A stretch of 64,000 nucleotides of DNA, taken from the human T2T-CHM13v2.0 reference genome, Homo sapiens. Below the pieces are notes generated by a model. The model did no database searches and had not been told where the DNA came from. It worked only from the letters and a program-made list of their open reading frames with translations. The translations under genes and the position numbers were made by a program. Location: assembly GCF_009914755.1 (NCBI RefSeq), contig NC_060929.1. One strand, 5' to 3'. Every line of letters starts with the position of its first letter. Positions within the stretch are counted from its first letter, which is position 1. Below, piece by piece: positions 59,636-64,000 of this stretch.

Positions 59636-60034
59636 TGTTAAAAGAAAAACTTTAGCCAAATTAAGTTTAACAGAGTGTAATTGAGCAAAGAACGATTCAT
59701 GAATTGGGAGGCCTCCTGAGCCAGAGTAGGCTCAGAGACTCCAGTGCAGCTATGTAGTTGGAAGATTTATGGACAGAAAAAGGAAAGTGGCATACAGAAA
59801 ACAGAAGTGAGGTACAGAAACAGCCAATTTGGTTACAACTTAGCATTTGCCTTATTAGAACACAGTTTGAACAGTTGGCCACCTTTGATTGGCCAAAACT
59901 CAGTGATTGGCACAAGAGTAGTCTACAGTCTGTTTACAACTCCGTTTAGGATATAGTTCATGATGTGCAGAAAAGCCTTTAGGCTGAACTTACAATATGT
60001 AAGGAGGCAGCTTTAGGCTAAACTTGATTTAACA
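59636..60034 (-). mobile_element. MER57-family ERV1 solo LTR
   Basis: Reverse complement start tgttaaatcaagtttagcctaaagctgcctccttaca; TSD ctac/ccac. Confidence 0.85.
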
Positions 60035-60104
60035 CCACTCTCTACCTCTGTGTTTTCTCCAGCCCAGTAGTTCTGGTTTCTTTGACAAGGATGTTATTTT
60101 TAAA

Positions 60105-60460
60105 AAACTCAATAAATACAAGTTTATTTCTTGCTCACATAAAGTTTAACTCAGTGTTTTTGATTGATGGGAGGCTCGTTGGTTGGAGTAATTTAAAGAC
60201 CAGGCTCCTTCCATGTTGTGGCTCTGCCATCTCCAGCAATGACTCCCAAGGTCACTGAGGAAGGAGAAAGAACACAAAGGATTATACATGTGAGGGTTTT
60301 TGAGGCCAAGCCCGGAGGTGTCCTACATCACTTCCACCCATATTCCAGTGACTAGAACTCAGTTTGTGGGCACACTAATTGTCAGGACAACTGAAAAATG
60401 GGATCTAGCTCTGTGTCCAGGAAGTGGGGGAAATAGGTTTTATGATTAGCCAGCAATCTC
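60105..60460 (-). mobile_element. Old MLT1-type LTR
   Basis: aagtttatttcttgctcaca...ggctccttccatgttgtggctctgcc...catcacttccacccatattcc. Confidence 0.6.
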
Positions 60461-60859
60461 TGATTGTTTGTCAGTTCAGCCTCCACCTTCCTGGCTTCTA
60501 TTTCTTTTCAACAAGGGTAGCTTTTGAATCTTTATACTTTCTAGTCATTCCTCTATGTTCATGTACTGTTTTGTCAGTGTTCCCCTGAAAATGCCCTTTC
60601 CAGAACTGAGCATGTGCCCCAGGATTGTTTGTGCAGGGAAGAAACTGGTAGATGAGGCTCTTTGAATTTAAGCACCCACTCTCAGCCTTCAAGACCCAGG
60701 GGGAGTAATGGTGGTCCATCTCCAGTCCTTCTGCCTTTTGATTTGCTCGGAGAAATTTCTTGAAATATTTCTCAGGGAGGAACATATCTCTTTCCTCCCA
60801 TAACTCTCATAAATTCTTCCTACTAGTCCCATAAATCTAGAGGTGATGTGTTTATTGCA

Positions 60860-61110
60860 GAACTTAGAGCATGGCTTCAGTATCTGATGGACTTGGGTTG
60901 CAAATGTGCCTCCTTTTCTTACTACCTGTGTAACCTTGAGCAAATATCTTAAGCTTTTCAAACCACAGTTTTCTGTCCTGTAAAATGGAGATGATGATAA
61001 CAATATCAATACAGGATTTTTGTGAAGAGTCAGTGAGATAGATAATCGACTTACAATGTTTAGCACAGAGCCTGGCACATGTTGAGTGCCTGGTAAGTGG
61101 TGGCTAATGA
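60860..61110 (+). mobile_element. MIR
   Basis: tactacctgtgtaaccttgagcaa...cagttttctgtcctgtaaaatgg...tagcacagagcctggcacat. Confidence 0.75.
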
Positions 61111-61701
61111 TGATGACAATAATTAACAACTTTCTCCTCCAGCCAAGAAGATCTACTCAATGTTCTTCAAACAATTCCTGGTTCCTTCCTCCATACACCT
61201 GTTCCCAATTTCCCATCACCCAGGCTATCTTTCCTCTCTGTCAACCCAGCTCCACTCGGATATTCCCAGCTGGACTTTCTCTTTCTAACTCAAAACTACG
61301 CAGCTGCCATACCTTGTCCCTGTTGAGAAATGAACAAGAGCAGATGCTGAAGAGTTAGGGGGAAAACATTTCACAGAGTTTGCCTGAACCCTTTATCCTC
61401 CCACCCAGAAGCTGCTAGAAATGATTTATTCATGAGGCTGAGTCAGGGCTTCCCATCATTTCTCCACTGCAAACCCAAGACTTCTTCTATTTTCCAGGAG
61501 AACAGCCACCATAGGCAATTTTACAGTCTGACAGGCTGTTGCACAGTGTACTTGGCAAGTCATTTTTTTGTTTTCCAAAGCTAATTAGAGATGGATAAAT
61601 TTAAATGGCTGTGGAAGCCAACAATAAAACATTATGTCTTCATTAGCTGAAATAATGCTGTGGCTTTCCCTCTCTTGACTTGTAAAAACTAGGCTCCAGC
61701 T

Positions 61702-61909
61702 CAGTGGTGTGCTGGACTGGTTATACCTGCTCCTGCCTGTTCTTGTGAGTCAATTACGCACATCCCTTCTCAGCTCCATATTCGGTGACATCACCTTAGT
61801 AGCTTGGAACTGGCCCTGGTGGGAAGATTTACTTTATAGACATTGGCAAATGCTGTCAATCAGGGCTCTACCCCAAGCTGGGTGTTAAATATTTGCCAAT
61901 ATACCACTG
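61702..61909. mobile_element. MER63A-like hAT MITE
   Basis: TIRs cagtggtgtgctgg / ccaatataccactg; 8-bp TSD ctccagct/ctctggct. Confidence 0.8.
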
Positions 61910-62156
61910 CTCTGGCTGCTGTAGAGGGACCAGGTCCAGTTATCCTGAAGCTCGCACATATACACCTATACGCCAGGCATTATGTTGATTAATAAAGTTA
62001 TCTTTGGAGATAGTTTTCTCCTTCTGGGCTCCAAGGTTCCTGTGTCTGATGGAGAGATCCCTTTGCTTTGGGGGAAGCAACTGGACATTGGCACAAAAGA
62101 TGGTCGTTTCTATAGAAACTTGGGTAGAAAATGGGGCTGGGGAGGCATTTTAAAAG

Positions 62157-62318
62157 CAGCACTTCTCAAATTGCAATGTGCAGATGAATCACTTGGGCAC
62201 CTTGTTACAATGCAGATTCTGATCCAGTAGGTCTGGGATGGTGCCCGAGATTCTTCATTTCTAATAAGCTCCCAGGTGATGCTGGTGCTGCCATGCGCCA
62301 CCCCATGAGAAACTAGAG
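62157..62318. mobile_element. MER5-family MITE
   Basis: gaatcacttggg...aatgcagattctgatccagtaggtctggg...aagctcccaggtgatgct. Confidence 0.8.
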
Positions 62319-62691
62319 CTTGAAGGATAATTTGAGGGGATAGAGGACTCTAAAACTTTGAGAAGTTTCATCAAATGTTAAGCCGACCCAGGAACTGGTG
62401 CTTGTCTTGCCCCAGCTTCTGACTTAGAAGGAGAGTGTCGTAACTATGGAAACACCAGTGCAAGATTAGGCAGAGCTGGATTCAAATCCAATCTACCTAA
62501 CTGTGAGTTTGGCAAATTGCTGATCTTCCCTAAGTCTCAGCTTTCCCAGCTATAAAACGGGGCTTTCACATCATGGGAGGTTGTGAGGACTAAAGGAGAT
62601 TAAAGCAATTTTTATCGCTGTTCTACAATGTAAGCTCCTTTCCGCTCTCCAGCTTTCTGATCAGTCTCAGGTTTAAAGTAAAAAAATCTTC

Positions 62692-62850
62692 TTTTTTTTT
62701 TTTTTTGAGATGGAGTCTCACTCTGTTGCCCAGGCTGGAGTGCAGTGGCGCAATCTTGGCTCACTGCAGCCTCCGTCTGACCTCGAGTGATCCACCCGCC
62801 TCAGCCTCCCAAAGTGCTGGGATTACAGGCTTGAGCCATCAGGCCCGGCC
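62692..62850 (-). mobile_element. Internally deleted Alu (monomer-length chimera)
   Basis: Right-arm 3' part joined directly to left-arm 5' part at ~62776. Confidence 0.88.
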
Positions 62851-63419
62851 ATCTGCGTTTTAATATAATAATATACTATTGGTAGGTTTCATGTCCACAT
62901 GTAGAGACCGTTCATTATTATTTTAATGGCTATCCATTTAGAGTAGACATCTAAAGACAAAATCTGCTGTCTGGATTCAGTTCACCTTTCAGAAAGGAAT
63001 ATGCCAGGCTGTGGAGAACAGCATTCCGGAACCTTCCTCTTGGTTTCCTCAGGAGCCTGCATTTCCAAACATCTCCAGGTGACGTAGCATGAAGAAGGCC
63101 GAGAGGGTCAGCAATGCCCCAGGGGAATCCAGAGGGCTGCTGGAAGCTCACTGTGGGGGAGATCCCAGAGTAAGATTCTCATCCAAGGACAATCTGAGAC
63201 CAGAGGACATCCGAGGTATCTGCAGGCATGAGTCTGCAGATTGAGTCATGGAATGAAAAATGTTGAGTGAGGTAAAAGCCCAAGGCAAAAAGATAATGAA
63301 CTCAACTTTCTGCAACTTCTTTTCCCAGCAGGAACCCCTAAATGAATTGCCAGGTCTCTTTAAGACTGGCTCTTCATGGCCTTTTAATGCCTGCAGCTGC
63401 TGTGGGGAGGAAGGCGTTC

Positions 63420-63720
63420 AATTATCAATTCATTCCTCAAGTCAGCAAATACTTATGGAGCTCCTACTATGCGCCAGACACTTTTCTGGGTACTGGGATG
63501 TTGTGGTGAACAGGATAAACAAGATCCCTGCTCTTACAGATGGTACAGGCAAGTTGGAGAGAGAATGTATACTGAAGCCAAAACAGGATAACTCCAGCTG
63601 GCAAGAAGTGCCAGGAACAGAGTGGACGAAGCAGGGTTACCTGGTGGAGAGCGACTGGGGCTCTTTAAGGTAATCAGGACAGGCTTCTCTGAGGAGGGGG
63701 GATTTCAGCTGAGCTATGAA
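63420..63720 (-). mobile_element. L2 3' fragment
   Basis: cagcaaatacttatggagctcctactatgcgccagacac...atcaggacaggcttctctgagg. Confidence 0.7.
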
Positions 63721-63938
63721 GGATGTCTGGGTTTCTTTTGAACCAAAGTCTGCCTCTCCTTCTGAAGCTATAATGTTGGAGACTCCTCTTCCTTGCAGGA
63801 GCAAGGCCTTCAAGTATTCTAGGCGTGGGTGTGCCCTTTAGACCCCCAGTCTTCTCTTTTCCAGACAAGCATTTACAGTTCTTTCAGCTGTTGCTCATGT
63901 GACCCAATTTAGCTCCTCTCAAAATGCTTAATTAATTC

Positions 63939-63942
63939 TATG

Positions 63943-63973
<31 letters not shown>

Positions 63974-63982
63974 TTCTTTTTT
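63939..63982. repeat. (TA)n followed by a T tract
   Basis: Directly visible. Confidence 0.9.
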
Positions 63983-64000
63983 AAAAAACTCTGCTTACAA

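Noticed and set aside
62825-62850. caggcttgagcc as a macaque-type AluY diagnostic
   Set aside because: It is a single substitution; the AluY at 6308 and the L1PA3-type element point to human or ape.
63260-63673. 137-aa ORF
   Set aside because: The distal two-thirds lies in an antisense L2 relic and no domain is recognisable.

Overview
This is repeat-dominated primate genomic DNA, most likely human or ape given an AluY and an L1PA3-type 3' end. I find no credible cellular protein-coding exon, tRNA or rRNA. Every long ORF in the track is a LINE-1 ORF1/ORF2 remnant, a THE1 internal ORF, an Alu or LTR read-through, or an artefact of a (TA)-rich repeat. Positions ~1.8-15 kb are a nested, rearranged stack of L1s: two successive 5' ends, an orientation switch, a ~6 kb L1PB carrying a ~1.45 kb AT-rich minisatellite, Alus and a Tigger1. 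The remainder is a mosaic of MaLR/ERV1/ERVL solo LTRs, one complete two-LTR THE1A, truncated L1PAs with target-site duplications (TSDs), MIR/L2 relics, MITEs and a few short unique stretches. The most notable observations are a MADE1 hairpin with matched changes in both arms (miR-548-like), the AT minisatellite with 25-bp higher-order units, several repair or rearrangement scars, and a strong minus-strand bias of retroelements that hints at a + strand transcription unit. Subfamily names come from my recollection of consensus sequences and need RepeatMasker/Dfam confirmation; boundaries of old elements are approximate. I found no evidence for a new biological system.
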